Positions 31,764 through 42,742 of a DNA stretch of 64,000 nucleotides are shown here, piece by piece. Made by a program: the position numbers and the translations under genes. The DNA comes from an uncultured Phycisphaerales bacterium. GTDB lineage: Bacteria; Planctomycetota; Phycisphaerae; Sedimentisphaerales; Anaerobacaceae. Every line of letters begins with the position of its first letter. The stretch's first letter is position 1. A model generated the notes under the pieces. It saw only the letters and a list, made by a program, of their open reading frames with translations. It was not told the origin of the DNA and searched no databases. The stretch spans positions 640,001 to 704,000 of the forward strand of contig CAVYYI010000003.1 in assembly GCA_963772725.1 (NCBI GenBank), given 5' to 3'.

Positions 31764-33497
31764 TTATTGTCTGATGTTTTTTGTGCTGTTTTTATCTATG
31801 AAAACATCTTTGACGCAGTCTTCAAATTTATTTCCGCTTAGCTGAACATTCTGCGCGTTGGTGATGCTTATCGCGGACGTATTTTTATTATAGTTAATGC
31901 CCTTAAAGAGGTTGTCCTTTATGACGATGCCATCGTTGTATGGCTCATTTTTAAAAAGTGGCGCAGTTTTGATATATTTTGACGCAGCCGTTGTTAGGAA
32001 ATTTCGGGGTGGTGTTATCCCATGTTGAGTTGATGAATTTATTGCCGCTTATAACGGCGTTTCTGACAAATCCCCCTTCGCCGGTATCTATCGGCCCCAG
32101 TGCTATATTCGCATAACTATTGTTGTTGAAATTGCAATCCATTACCCGCAGGTTCTCGCCCTGATAGAGTATCGGTCTGCCGCAGTTGCCTTCGAATGTG
32201 CAATTTTTGAAAAGGGCATTATCGAAGTTCCATACGTGAGGCGTGAATGTTGAGCCGGCCTTGACGGTGTCGGGCAGGTCTTCGGCAAACTCAAGGGTAA
32301 ATGCCGGGATTTTCCTTTAGCCAGGTTAAGGGTTCCCTCGTCCCAGCCCCCTTTGGCGACCTTAACAACCCGCGGGCGTTCTCCTGTCCAGAAGACAACG
32401 GTACTATCGGCGAGTTTTGAAAAGTTTGTGCCGCCTGTTAGTACTGTGCATTTGATTCTGCGTCTATCCAAAACATCCGTAACAGAGCAGAACTTGCCTT
32501 TGATGTTGAACGGATCCCACCTGACCCCTTTTATATAGCAGTCCTCGACCAGCAGTGTGCCGCTGTTGCAGGACATGTGCACCGCGTCTCTTGAGCCGAC
32601 AGCGAACTGGGGGAATATCGGCTTGATTATGAGTTTTCTAAAAGTAAGATTTTTACACAGATTCACAAAAAGACCAAGCTGTTTAATGTTGTATATATGG
32701 ACATTTTCCAGCGTTATATTGGAGCTATTGGCGATATGGAACTGTCTGCCTCTGCCGGAGACGTAGAAGTGCCATGAAATAGCCTGCCCGGCTTCGACAC
32801 GGTTCGCAAAGCCCATGCCTTGAATCCTGTAGAGCCTGTCATTGCTTCCCGGAACCTTTCGCCATTGGTGTTTAAACAGTTTGGGCTCAGCCCCTATGGT
32901 CAGAGCGTGCACGGGCATAAGCTGGCGCGTTTTCATGTCCCAGTTATTTGAAGAATAACACTGCATGCCGTCGAAATGAGGAAGTCCCGGGAAGACCTCA
33001 ATTTCCACTATGTCTTTTTCCTTATCTACCGCGGTGATTTTTCCTGCGCTGGTGAAGGGGGGCTTATTGTCGGATACTATGTTTTTGATAGTGATGTTTG
33101 AGCTGTCGGATATTTGGAACTGCTTTGCGGCATCGAGATGGTCGCTGAGGTTTTTTACATTCCGCTCTAATACAGTGGCGGGGTCGCCATTGGGGTCAGT
33201 CTTTCCGAGCAGGGTGAGGTCTGATATTTTATTTATCGCGATTAAGGTGTCGCCCGGCTGATTTGGTTCGAGAAGATTATATGTGCCCGATTCAAATTCA
33301 ATAACCGCAGGGGTTTTTGACGCGGCGGCTGTAATCGCGTCATTAATGGATTTAATGTCGCACTTGCCGTCGTTGGGTATGGCGCCAAAGTCCCTGGCCC
33401 GGAGAATTGTCACGCTTTCCTTACACTGCGCGACTGCGTGGAAACACAAAGCACAGATAACAGCGGTAATGATTTTTTCAAGTAATGTTTTGCTCAT
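31764..33497 (-). CDS. secreted right-handed beta-helix glycosidase (GH110-like), several frameshifts
   Basis: DFGAIPNDGKCD, RDAVHM and parallel beta-helix repeats continuing through shifted frames to TAA at 31764. Confidence 0.65.
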
Positions 33498-33764
33498 GTG
33501 AAAAATCTCCTTGTTTGTCAGACCGCTTTTGGCCGAAAAATCCCGTATTTTTCAATCAAATGGTATATATGAAGAATTATGTGTTGTCAAAAGAAAAAAT
33601 AGCTGAACTGGAAAATCGGGTACACCGGTGATGGTGAGAAAGCGGCTTTAGGCTTGCAGTTTATTGGTATTCTGTTAAACTGTATGGCTTGGACGTCCCG
33701 CCGATTGGATTCGGCGGGCAAATGTCGAAACAGGTTTAGTAAATTTTTTTTGAAAGGGAACACT

Positions 33765-34412
33765 ATGAAGAAGATGGTAAAGTTTATGATGATTGCTCTT
33801 TCGATATTGCTAATCAGCAGCGTGACATACGCAAAGAAAGGCGATGCCGTAAAGAATGCTGACAAGCAGAGCAAGGCGACGGTTGAATCGGCTTCAAAGC
33901 AAACGTCTGAGGCGACAAAAGAAGTTAAAGGCAAGGCGGAGAAAGCCAGCAAAAATGCTGAAGCGACAAAGGAAGCCAAAGTCAAGGCTGAAAAGGCCGG
34001 CAAAGAGACAGCCGTTACGGTAACAGACCCAAACGCTGTCGGTGTGGAAAAGAAATCGTGGAAGAATATGTTCGGTTTAATGAAAGGCAAAAACCATCAG
34101 CAGCAGATGGCGGCGTTAGATAAACAGGCAGCCAAATCAGCGGCAAAAGATAGTGCAAATATCGCAGCCCTGGAAAAGGATTTGGCCGCTGCAAAGGCAG
34201 CTAACGATACAAAAAAGGTCGAAAGTCTGCAAAAGAAACTTGACCTGACCAAACAGCAAGCCAGCAAAGACGCAGCGAAAACCGCTGCCAAGCGGACTGA
34301 AATCCAGGCCGAAATAGAAAAAGAAAAACAGGCCGCTGGAAGTAAGGCTGAGACCAAGACAACGGAAAAGATGACAAAGGAAAGCAAGGTAAAGGAAAAC
34401 AAGACAAAATAG
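33765..34412 (+). CDS. secreted Lys/Ala-rich low-complexity protein
   Basis: Signal peptide MKKMVKF...TYA and coiled-coil-like composition. Confidence 0.7.
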   Translation: MKKMVKFMMIALSILLISSVTYAKKGDAVKNADKQSKATVESASKQTSEATKEVKGKAEKASKNAEATKEAKVKAEKAGKETAVTVTDPNAVGVEKKSWKNMFGLMKGKNHQQQMAALDKQAAKSAAKDSANIAALEKDLAAAKAANDTKKVESLQKKLDLTKQQASKDAAKTAAKRTEIQAEIEKEKQAAGSKAETKTTEKMTKESKVKENKTK

Positions 34413-34461
34413 TCTGACCTGCTTTGTTGTTTTTCGGCGTTAATACAGACGTGGAGTAAAA

Positions 34462-34734
34462 ATGCCGTTCATTCGAATCCCGGGTTTGCTCGGGAAAGTT
34501 TATGTACCGAATCAAACCGGCAGGAAGAAGCACACCTGCAAAGATTGCTTTTTCTGCCAGTTCTGTGGTGACGAGCGATGTGTGTCGTGTCTGAGGCAAA
34601 AATCAAACGCGACACACCGCTCCTGCCGCAAAAATCATGAAAACCACCGTTCTTGCCGGCGGCAAAGCGGATGTGAAACAGACCGATACCGGGCTGGAAA
34701 TCCTCGTACCGCCAGCCGACCGCCAAGCAATTGA
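34462..34734 (+). CDS. small Cys-rich protein
   Basis: CKDCFFCQFCGDERCVSC cluster. GGAG RBS. Confidence 0.45.
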   Translation: MPFIRIPGLLGKVYVPNQTGRKKHTCKDCFFCQFCGDERCVSCLRQKSNATHRSCRKNHENHRSCRRQSGCETDRYRAGNPRTASRPPSN

Positions 34735-34837
34735 CACAATCATCGCTTTGAAGCTGGATAAGCCGGCGATTGAGATTACGCCGATTGCGACGCCCGGTTC
34801 GGAAGAATCGGCTGAGGCGAAGAAAAAAGCCATTTGA
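34637..34837 (+). pseudogene. probable C-terminal fragment of a glycosidase (alpha-L-fucosidase-like tail)
   Basis: GGKADVKQTDTGLEILVPPADRQAIDTIIALKLD resembles such tails; recalled similarity only. Confidence 0.35.
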
Positions 34838-34982
34838 GGCCTCAATAAATAATTATCGAGATGAAATAAAATGCTTGAATATTCAAGACAGGTGTGATAT
34901 TTTACTGCAAATTAAGGCTCAGCAACGTAGCTGAGCAGGAGTGTAAAGATTATATAAGAGTTTCGGACTAAGGAGTAGTATA

Positions 34983-35300
34983 ATGGCAAAAAGTTCAAAA
35001 CCAGCAAAGAAGAGTGAAATTCTATCCAATATAGCCGAGGCCACGCAGCTTTCTCGCAAGCAGGTGGCGGCGGTAATAGATGCCCTTGCAGGCCAGATAA
35101 AGGCTGCCGTGGGCAAGAAAGGTCCGGGCGTATTCGCGCTGCCGGGTCTGATTAAGATTATCGTCATTAATAAGCCGGCCACACCAAAACGGACAGGCAT
35201 CAACCCGTTCACAAAGCAGGAGCAGGTCTTTGCGGCCAAGCCAGCTCGCAAAGTCGTGAAGGTCCGGCCTTTAAAAGCCCTCAAGGACATGGCTAAATAA
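34983..35300 (+). CDS. HU-family DNA-binding protein
   Basis: KSEILSNIAEATQLSRKQV, GINPFT, AAKPARKVVKVRPLKALKD. Confidence 0.9.
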   Translation: MAKSSKPAKKSEILSNIAEATQLSRKQVAAVIDALAGQIKAAVGKKGPGVFALPGLIKIIVINKPATPKRTGINPFTKQEQVFAAKPARKVVKVRPLKALKDMAK

Positions 35301-36055
35301 CAAGATTGCAATTCGCAGTTAGCAGGGTGGAATCTTTACCCCGCCAATATTGGTCGATAAGAAATTAAAGGCGGGATGGGGATTCCGCCCTGCAAAACTG
35401 TCGCCTTCGGTGCGATGATACCAAGAAAGAAACGGTAGATAACCGCCAGCATAAAGTTGGCGGTTTTCGGAAGAGTTTTTTGATTAGCTCGCCTTTTTCA
35501 CCACAAAGAACACTAAGACGCCAAAGGTCTTGGGTCTGGGTTCGGTACAGTAGTATTGTTCTTAACGGGTTGTGAGGGGGTTCATACCCAATTATGCCGT
35601 TTTCATGAATAATCTTAGGGGCAAATTAGAGCACAGAAATGCCTAAAAAAAGAGAGGCATTACCGCAGGGACAAAACCCATTGGATAGCCTCTTATCGTG
35701 ATATCATCAGATTATACGAACAAAATCGGCAAAAAGCAAGCTTTATATTACTTTTTTCCAATATTTTCTTAACTATCATTGCGGTATATAGTTAAAGTTC
35801 GCAGGGGAAAGTCTCTACCCCACAAACTCGAAATTTAAATTATTTAGCATCAAAAGGCAATATTTAACTTTTTCCACTTGCGTTATTGTCCGCTTATGCG
35901 GTATAATACCTGCAGATAGTTTTGTTGCTTGGACCATAGAAGAAGAGAGCAGAGCTATGGAAAAGGGAAAACTCAGTAAGTTCTCACAGGTTTTATCGCA
36001 GTTTCTCTTCACAAAAGGCGCTTTTAATTATCAAGTTTTTAGAGGGGAAGAGAAA

Positions 36056-36925
36056 ATGAAAAGGTTCATTGCGATTTGTGCGGCTTTAGTTCAACTCTTG
36101 TTGGCAAACAATCTTATATATGCCGACACCATTTACGTGTCATGTGGCGGTAACAATCCACCAATTTATAAATTCGACTCGTTCGGAAACATACAATTCT
36201 TTGCGAATGGTACAGGCAATATGGCATTCGATATGAGCGGTAATCTCTATGCGTCTTTTGATGGATCGATTGTTAAATTCGATCCAAGTGGAAACAGTAC
36301 CATTTTTGCCTCGGGCTTAAAAAATCCCGAAGGCCTTGCTTTTGACAGCAAAGGCTATCTATACGTGTCAAGCTGGGACTCAAGCTTGCAAAGTGGGATA
36401 ATCAAGAAATTCGACTCAGCCGGAAATTGGTCTATTTTCGCCTCGGGTTTTAACCCTCCTTCTGGCCTTGTCTTTGATAGAGATGGCTATATCTACGGTT
36501 CGTGTTCCAATAATGGTATCGGCACTGGAATAATTCAAAAATTTGATCCAAGCGGAAACATGACCATTTTTGCCTCGGGCTTAGTAAATCCAGTAAGCCT
36601 TGCTTTTGACAGCAAAGGCTATCTATATGTGTCCAACCGTTATTATCTTAATGGGACTATTGAGAAGTTCGATTCGAGCGGAAATGGCTGTGTCTTTGCG
36701 TCTGGATTAGTCTATCCCGATGGCATTGCTATTGATAGTAGTGACAATCTCTACTCTGCTAACCATATTGTTAACGGTTGGATTGATAAATTCGATTCAA
36801 GCGGAAATAGGTCTATCTTCTACTCAGGTTTGTATGGCCCACAACATATCGTAGTGCAGGTTCCCGAACCAGCCACACTTCTGATGCTTGGCCTGGGCGC
36901 GGTGATATTGAGAAGGAAACGGTAA
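36056..36925 (+). CDS. PEP-CTERM protein with NHL-like repeats
   Basis: About five FASGLxxPxGLAFD repeats and VPEPATLLMLGLGAVILRRKR. Confidence 0.88.
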   Translation: MKRFIAICAALVQLLLANNLIYADTIYVSCGGNNPPIYKFDSFGNIQFFANGTGNMAFDMSGNLYASFDGSIVKFDPSGNSTIFASGLKNPEGLAFDSKGYLYVSSWDSSLQSGIIKKFDSAGNWSIFASGFNPPSGLVFDRDGYIYGSCSNNGIGTGIIQKFDPSGNMTIFASGLVNPVSLAFDSKGYLYVSNRYYLNGTIEKFDSSGNGCVFASGLVYPDGIAIDSSDNLYSANHIVNGWIDKFDSSGNRSIFYSGLYGPQHIVVQVPEPATLLMLGLGAVILRRKR

Positions 36926-36961
36926 ATAACAGGCTGCGGAAAGTTAGCAGTTATATACCGT

Positions 36962-37252
36962 TTATAGTTGCCTATTTTTTGACGACTGCTGCAGGCGGCT
37001 CTCATTCATCTTACTTTTGACGTAGTCCGATGTACGAAGGCTCGCGTCTTTGGCTATGCCGAGGAATTTGTGCATACCCTCGTTAAAAGACTTTGCGAAT
37101 TCGTCCGATTTCAAAGCCGAATGCGCCACCGTCTTATTTTCCGGCGATTGTCCCTTTGCCTCAGGTGCCGGCGCCAGCGTGTATATCGCTGTCGCGAAAC
37201 CCGCGAAATAGACAATCAGCACGAACAGAAATTTGCTTTTTATACCCCCCAT
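36962..37252 (-). CDS. hypothetical membrane-anchored protein
   Basis: N-terminal TM (LIVYFAGFATAIYTL). Confidence 0.65.
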   Translation of the reverse strand: MGGIKSKFLFVLIVYFAGFATAIYTLAPAPEAKGQSPENKTVAHSALKSDEFAKSFNEGMHKFLGIAKDASLRTSDYVKSKMNESRLQQSSKNRQL

Positions 37253-37356
37253 TGGATATACCTTTCTTCACGCTATTTTATCGGATACAACCCCATAGCC
37301 GGGTAGTTCACACACTTTAAGTATAAGAAAAAAAATCGCTATGGGCAAATTCAAGA

Positions 37357-38475
37357 CTAAATTTTATCCAGAATTTCTTTGAGCGTTTTGCAGACCGTCG
37401 AAATCTCGTCCTTTGTAAGGTTATTATAGAACGGCAGCGCTATAGTGCTTTTGCTGACGGCCTCGGTAATCGGGAAATCGCCTGCCTTAAAGCCGAAATC
37501 TTTCATCATGAAAGGCTGCAAATGCACAGGCGGAAAATAGTTGTTGACCCCAATGCCCTTTTCTTTCAACGTTTCGATGATTTTATCGCGCTTTGCGATT
37601 AAGGCCTGGCCAACGAGCCTGATAACAAAAACAAACCAGCTTATATCGCAGTTATCGGACTCTGATGGGATAATCAATCTTTTCTCGTCAGCGAGGATTT
37701 CCTGATACCATCGGGCGACCTGTTTGCGTTTGGCCATTATCTCTTCGATTCGCGAAAGCTGCACGATTCCCAGTGCGCAGTTGATGTCACTGAGTCTGTA
37801 ATTGTACCCGAGCCTTGCGTGACCGAGCCAGCCGCTGCCCGGGTCTCTGCCCTGGTTTCGCAGCGATACGCACATATCCGCGAGGTGGTCGTCATTGGTG
37901 AGAATCATTCCGCCCTCGCCGGTTGTCATCTGCTTATTGGGATAAAAAGCGAAAACGCTTATGTCGCCGAAAGTGCCCGCCTTTTTGCCGCCTAGCGATG
38001 AGCCGAGCGCCTCGCAGCTATCCTCGATAATCCGCAGGTTGTGTTTTCTCGCAATCGCGCAAATCTTATCGAAGTTCGCCGGATTGCCAAACGCTTCGAC
38101 CGGCATAATAGCCTTTGTCTTTTTGGTAATCTTCGCCTCGATTCCCGCCGCGTCGATATTCATTGTTACAGGCTCGATATCGACAAAGACAGGTTTTGCC
38201 CCTGCCATGATAATCGAGTTCGATGTCGCGATAAATGTGAAAGGCGTAGTGATGACCTCATCGCCCGCGCCCAGCCCCATCGCCTGCATACACAGAAACA
38301 GCCCGCTTGTTCCGCTATTGACCGCGACGCCGCGTTTCATTCCCATATACTTCGCGAACGCCTGCTCAAACTCACCGAGCTTTGGCCCTAATGAGAGATT
38401 GGGACTGCGAAGAACCGCGACAACAGCGGCTATTTCCTTTTCCGTAATATCCGGCCGAGACAGATTTATCTTCAT
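37357..38475 (-). CDS. DegT/DnrJ/EryC1/StrS aminotransferase
   Basis: NSGTSGL, IEDSCEALG, AFYPNKQMTTGEGG, GYNYRL. Confidence 0.93.
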   Translation of the reverse strand: MKINLSRPDITEKEIAAVVAVLRSPNLSLGPKLGEFEQAFAKYMGMKRGVAVNSGTSGLFLCMQAMGLGAGDEVITTPFTFIATSNSIIMAGAKPVFVDIEPVTMNIDAAGIEAKITKKTKAIMPVEAFGNPANFDKICAIARKHNLRIIEDSCEALGSSLGGKKAGTFGDISVFAFYPNKQMTTGEGGMILTNDDHLADMCVSLRNQGRDPGSGWLGHARLGYNYRLSDINCALGIVQLSRIEEIMAKRKQVARWYQEILADEKRLIIPSESDNCDISWFVFVIRLVGQALIAKRDKIIETLKEKGIGVNNYFPPVHLQPFMMKDFGFKAGDFPITEAVSKSTIALPFYNNLTKDEISTVCKTLKEILDKI

Positions 38476-38610
38476 ACACCTTTTCCTTAGCAAAAAACCT
38501 CGATTAATACGAAGATGAAATTATACCAAAAACCCGCTGTTTCTGCAAAATATTTCTTCCCCCGCAATACCCCCGACATAAAGTTGGCCGAAAAATGGCA
38601 GCTTACCCCA

Positions 38611-39024
38611 TTATTCCAATGAGTTAATAAAATTTATATCATTTGGAGCATCAATAGGTTTGTATTTAGGATTAGTAAACTCTCCTATGTGTATTCTGGC
38701 AATCCGCCCGTTGATAAAATATAAAAATACAACCCAGTTTCTACCAGTATTGAATTCAAGCGGAGTAGTTATACGGATTTCATTTTCATGTTTAATAATT
38801 TCAGCGTTAAAGATAGTTTCGTTTCGCCATGGTTTTTTGTTAATAATATCTACAACCTCTGTATAAGTCATATCTGGCTTAATTTCTTGTACAAAATCTT
38901 TCATCTGACTCCGCCAAAACTGAGATTGAATATGTATTTTATGGTGTATATAAATTCCAAATCCAACAACGATAACACTTAATACTGATACTGATAGGTA
39001 GAATATTTTTTGTCTTGAATTCAT
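38611..39024 (-). CDS. AT-rich hypothetical protein with N-terminal TM (cassette-like)
   Basis: 137 aa, strongly AT-rich, bounded by palindromic sites. Confidence 0.7.
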   Translation of the reverse strand: MNSRQKIFYLSVSVLSVIVVGFGIYIHHKIHIQSQFWRSQMKDFVQEIKPDMTYTEVVDIINKKPWRNETIFNAEIIKHENEIRITTPLEFNTGRNWVVFLYFINGRIARIHIGEFTNPKYKPIDAPNDINFINSLE

Positions 39025-39289
39025 TTTTCCGTTTTTACCTTACCTTTATATTCCGGATACTTAGACTCGCAACTGCTGTTACATTGGATAAATAGGGACG
39101 GTCACCTATTATTTATCGATTAATACGAATATGAAATTATACCAAAATCCCGCCGTTTCAGCAAAATATTTCTTCACTCCCGCGACCATAAGGAAAAGGG
39201 TATTAACCACGAATGAACACGAATAAACACCATCAAAAAAACATGCCGCAGATTACTTAACCCGCGGATTTAATCTTTGTTAGGGACAA

Positions 39290-39709
39290 TTATTTTTTGA
39301 GTCGCCATTGATAAAAAAATTTGTTTTCAGGCCATCGAAACATAAGTAATACTGAGTTTTCTCGAATTTCATAAAGAAAAACCCAAAAGTAAGGTTTTTT
39401 CCCTTCTTTATAAGGAGTAAATAAAATTGGGTCTTGAACACCTACCTCGCCGGAAGATATTTGTCCTGTTTCTGAGTTCCTGAGTTCAAAAACACATTTA
39501 TTCTTTGTTTTATCGATATCTAAAAGTTTTACCTGATATGGCCCAAATTTCTTTGGATCGAGATTGGTTGTTTCATTTACTCTTAATTCTTTAAAATCAA
39601 CATATGTCCCAAAAGAACATTCTTTATGACAAAATAAAATAATAGAAGTTACGAATATCACCAAGAATATAATTCCCACCAACATTATATATTTAATATA
39701 AATCTGCAT
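39290..39709 (-). CDS. AT-rich hypothetical protein with N-terminal TM (cassette-like)
   Basis: 139 aa, strongly AT-rich. Confidence 0.7.
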   Translation of the reverse strand: MQIYIKYIMLVGIIFLVIFVTSIILFCHKECSFGTYVDFKELRVNETTNLDPKKFGPYQVKLLDIDKTKNKCVFELRNSETGQISSGEVGVQDPILFTPYKEGKKPYFWVFLYEIRENSVLLMFRWPENKFFYQWRLKK

Positions 39710-39754
39710 AAATTTTCCCTATATTCTCCTATATTCTCGGGAACAGCATATTCA

Positions 39755-40141
39755 TTAATCTCCATCTTTAGCCGCACTCCGTATAATTATTCTTCGCTCA
39801 AAATTTTTGCATTTTAAACTTTGATTTTTAACTTTTTTAATATACCAAAAACCCGCCGTTTCAGCAAAAGTTTTCCGTTCGCAATCTCCATCAAAATTCC
39901 GTCGGTTATCGACCATTTCGGTGATATCAACGAAATGGTCTTCTATGCGGTGTCCGCTGTTAAAACAGGCCGCTTTGGCCTTTTTGATAACCTGTTCAAA
40001 ATTGCGGTAATCCGCATAACCGAGAATCTGGGCAAAGTCTCTGCTTGACCAGTATTCATTACCTGCCGCGTTTATTCGTTTTATACGCTCAAAAGGTGAA
40101 TCATTGCCTGTAGGTGGTGTTTTACTAATCTCATTAACCAT
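39755..40141 (-). pseudogene. dinD: truncated DinD (BRO-like N-terminus)
   Basis: EYWSSRDFAQILGYADYRNF...HFVDITEMV, then reads into non-homologous promoter repeat. Confidence 0.7.
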
Positions 40142-40460
40142 AATTAAGTTGTTCCTTCAACTGCTCTTATTTAGACTCAATAAAGTCTTTTTTGAATAAA
40201 ACAATTACACTATTTTCATCGACTTTGCTAGTTTAAACCTTTGTGTACTGAATGCTACCATTTTACAACAGTTAAAACAATCCCTTTTGCAAAAGTTTTT
40301 CCCGTACAATCCCCCCGACATAAAGTCGGGGGCTTTCGGTTTTTCCATAAGCCCCTGGCTTTACGCCAGGGGTTCTTGACTAACCGCCGCGGTTCTGATA
40401 CAAAAGGTTTTTGTGTTAATTAGTGTTCATTCGTGGTTAAAATTATCCTGAGAAAATGAA

Positions 40461-41098
40461 ATGATAATAAATCAACTTGTTCTCGGCTCGTATCAGACGA
40501 ACTGCTATGTTCTTCGCGCAAGCGAATCAGCGAAGGATTGCCTTATTGTCGATACCGGCCTTGAGGCCGATGAGCTTATCGACTTTCTCCGCGAGCACAA
40601 CTTAAATCCGCTGGGTGTTATCCTGACGCATGGCCACGCCGACCATATCACAGGCCTGCCCCTTTTGCGCGAAAATTATCCCGCGATAAAAGTCTATATC
40701 CACAAACTCAACGCGGCGATGCTCACCGGGCCGCTGAAAAATCTCTCGATTCTGACCGGCAGCTTTTTCAAGACCGCCCCTGCGGATGTTATTCTCGAAG
40801 ATGGTGACATCGTAGAACTGGCAGGCATAAAACTAAAGGTCATTCACACTCCCGGCCATACAAAAGGCGGCATATCGCTCTATTGCCAACAGGATAGCGT
40901 CCTTTTCAGCGGCGATACGCTCTTTGCCGATTCGGTCGGCAGAACTGATTTCCCCGGCGGCAGCATGAAAGACTCATTACCGGCATAAAAGAAAAGCTTT
41001 TACCCCTGCCCGATGAAACAATCGTCTATCCCGGTCACGGCCCGGCAACCTCCATCGCCCAGGAAAAAGCCCACAACCAGTACCTGCAAGGAAGGTAA
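40461..41098 (+). CDS. MBL-fold metallo-hydrolase, glyoxalase II family (frameshift near 40975)
   Basis: THGHADH, HTPGHT and GDTLF. YPGHG lies in the shifted frame. Confidence 0.88.
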
Positions 41099-41118
41099 AA
41101 ACAAAATTAAATTTCTTA

Positions 41119-41541
41119 CTACCAATTCAATTTAACAACTGCTTCTGCATTTCGGATAAGTTTAATTTCTTCTTCAGGACTTATCTTTTTATAATCTGAA
41201 ATAGCTTTTTGTGCAAGTTCCAACACTATCTCGCTATCATCTATAGTAAAGCTTCTTTTTAAATCATAATCTGCATCTTCTCTGCTCTGCTTTAAATCCT
41301 TTAATTTATCCGCTAATTTTGAACCAAAGATTGAATTTGAACCCCTAAAAGTTTTTCTAACAAATTCATGAACTTGTCTTTTGGGTTCTTTAATTTTCCG
41401 TATTCCTTTGGATTCTAAATACTCTCTGAAATAAAGAAATATTCCATAGTATGAACGACTTATAGAACTGCGTAGATTGGCCTCTAAGCTGGTGTCGGAA
41501 TTTAAAAATTCTGCTGTTTTGAAAAAATCCTCTGGATTCAT
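41119..41541 (-). CDS. HEPN-domain protein
   Basis: SISRSYY...H...LKQSREDADYD pattern. Confidence 0.7.
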   Translation of the reverse strand: MNPEDFFKTAEFLNSDTSLEANLRSSISRSYYGIFLYFREYLESKGIRKIKEPKRQVHEFVRKTFRGSNSIFGSKLADKLKDLKQSREDADYDLKRSFTIDDSEIVLELAQKAISDYKKISPEEEIKLIRNAEAVVKLNW

Positions 41542-42071
41542 TACATATTTCTGCGGAAAGTTAAAGTAAAATATTTTGTGTTTTGTAACAAATTCTCTAT
41601 CTTCCAGTCAACCCACTTTTCATAATCTTGTAAGGCTGTTCGTCGGTCACAATTTACATTAACTCTTATAACTACATGCCCTTCAGTTTCTCCATCTTCC
41701 TCGTCAAAGCAATCGTAATCAGCATAAAAATCATTCCCACATTTAAAAATCAAACTTATTTGTTGCAGACATTTTCTTAATGAATCAATAATTCCTTTTG
41801 AGTTACAAAATTCAACACATTCCTCTGATGCTTTATTTTTGAATTCTGATGAAACTGGCCAATCAATTATAATTTTTGTAGAGTCTTTTATTTCTTCAGA
41901 AATTGTACTTTCGAAGGTAGATTCTTGCTGAAGCTCTAAATCTACTCTATTATTTTCAACTTGATTGAAGTTAAATATCAACCGCTTAAGAAATTCCTTT
42001 GGAGAGTTTTCAAATTCCCTAACTAATGATTCAATATCAAATGGCATTGATTGATTTATGGCGGTTGTCAT
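41541..42071 (-). CDS. hypothetical acidic protein
   Basis: 176 aa, translationally coupled to the HEPN gene. Confidence 0.7.
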   Translation of the reverse strand: MTTAINQSMPFDIESLVREFENSPKEFLKRLIFNFNQVENNRVDLELQQESTFESTISEEIKDSTKIIIDWPVSSEFKNKASEECVEFCNSKGIIDSLRKCLQQISLIFKCGNDFYADYDCFDEEDGETEGHVVIRVNVNCDRRTALQDYEKWVDWKIENLLQNTKYFTLTFRRNM

Positions 42072-42082
42072 TTTAACTATCC

Positions 42083-42742
42083 TTATTTCATTAATTGCCC
42101 GATTATAGAATCAGCATAGGCTTCTATTTCCGCAACTTTCACTAACTCACTTTTAAACTTAGGCCAATCCGTAAAGTCGAATTCATAGTTAAAGTTTATG
42201 GTTCTCTTATTATCTACTTTGCCTTGTTGTTCCAACGCAATTGTGAATCGCTCTCCACCAGCAGAATAGGGATATCGAAGTACAACACCAGCCGCAATTT
42301 CCCCCTTGTTGATAATTTTTAAAATAGGAGCATTTTGTGGTAAAAACAAATTCTGAAAGTTCTGAGACATTTCAGTATTATCAAATATAATTGTTGAGTT
42401 CAAGTTAAACCCCACAATTTTAAGAGGAGTATAGCGTAATATTTCAAAATATTTTTCAGAAATCTTTACTATTTTTGTTTCGGCCCATTTAGAGATTGCG
42501 GCCTCTTTTATTTGAAACCTGTCGGCATTAACTATAAACTCAATATTTCCGACTACCAAGCGTACAAATCCGGGTACAGATACAAATTCAATCTGAGGTT
42601 TTGCTTGTGACAAAATAGAACGAAAAGGTTCTTCGTCGACAGGTAAGATTTTGTTGCTTTTAAGAAAATCCAAATTCAGAATTTGTGGATTCTGCCCTCC
42701 TATAGCAACTAAATTTATATAGTTTTTTTGTACGTTACCCAT
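42083..42742 (-). CDS. hypothetical protein (TIGR04255-like?)
   Basis: VAIGGQNPQIL, YTPLKIVGFN, INFNYEFD. AT-rich three-gene operon. Confidence 0.5.
   Translation of the reverse strand: MGNVQKNYINLVAIGGQNPQILNLDFLKSNKILPVDEEPFRSILSQAKPQIEFVSVPGFVRLVVGNIEFIVNADRFQIKEAAISKWAETKIVKISEKYFEILRYTPLKIVGFNLNSTIIFDNTEMSQNFQNLFLPQNAPILKIINKGEIAAGVVLRYPYSAGGERFTIALEQQGKVDNKRTINFNYEFDFTDWPKFKSELVKVAEIEAYADSIIGQLMK

Larger units (their letters stand above)
38501..39870 (-). promoter_or_regulatory. three copies of one promoter segment (~38501-38560, ~39117-39175, ~39838-39870)
   Basis: Minus-strand TTGCWG-17-TATAWT within the repeated TATACCAAAAWCCCGCYGTTTCWGCAAAA. Confidence 0.7.

Noticed and set aside
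35615..35705. c-di-GMP-I or SAM-I riboswitch
   Set aside because: GGCAAA and CTCTTATC occur, but the remaining conserved cores are missing.
38591..39760. Classical integron attC array
   Set aside because: No RYYYAAC...GTTRRRY long hairpins and no IntI. The integrase at 12132 is a tRNA-targeting type.
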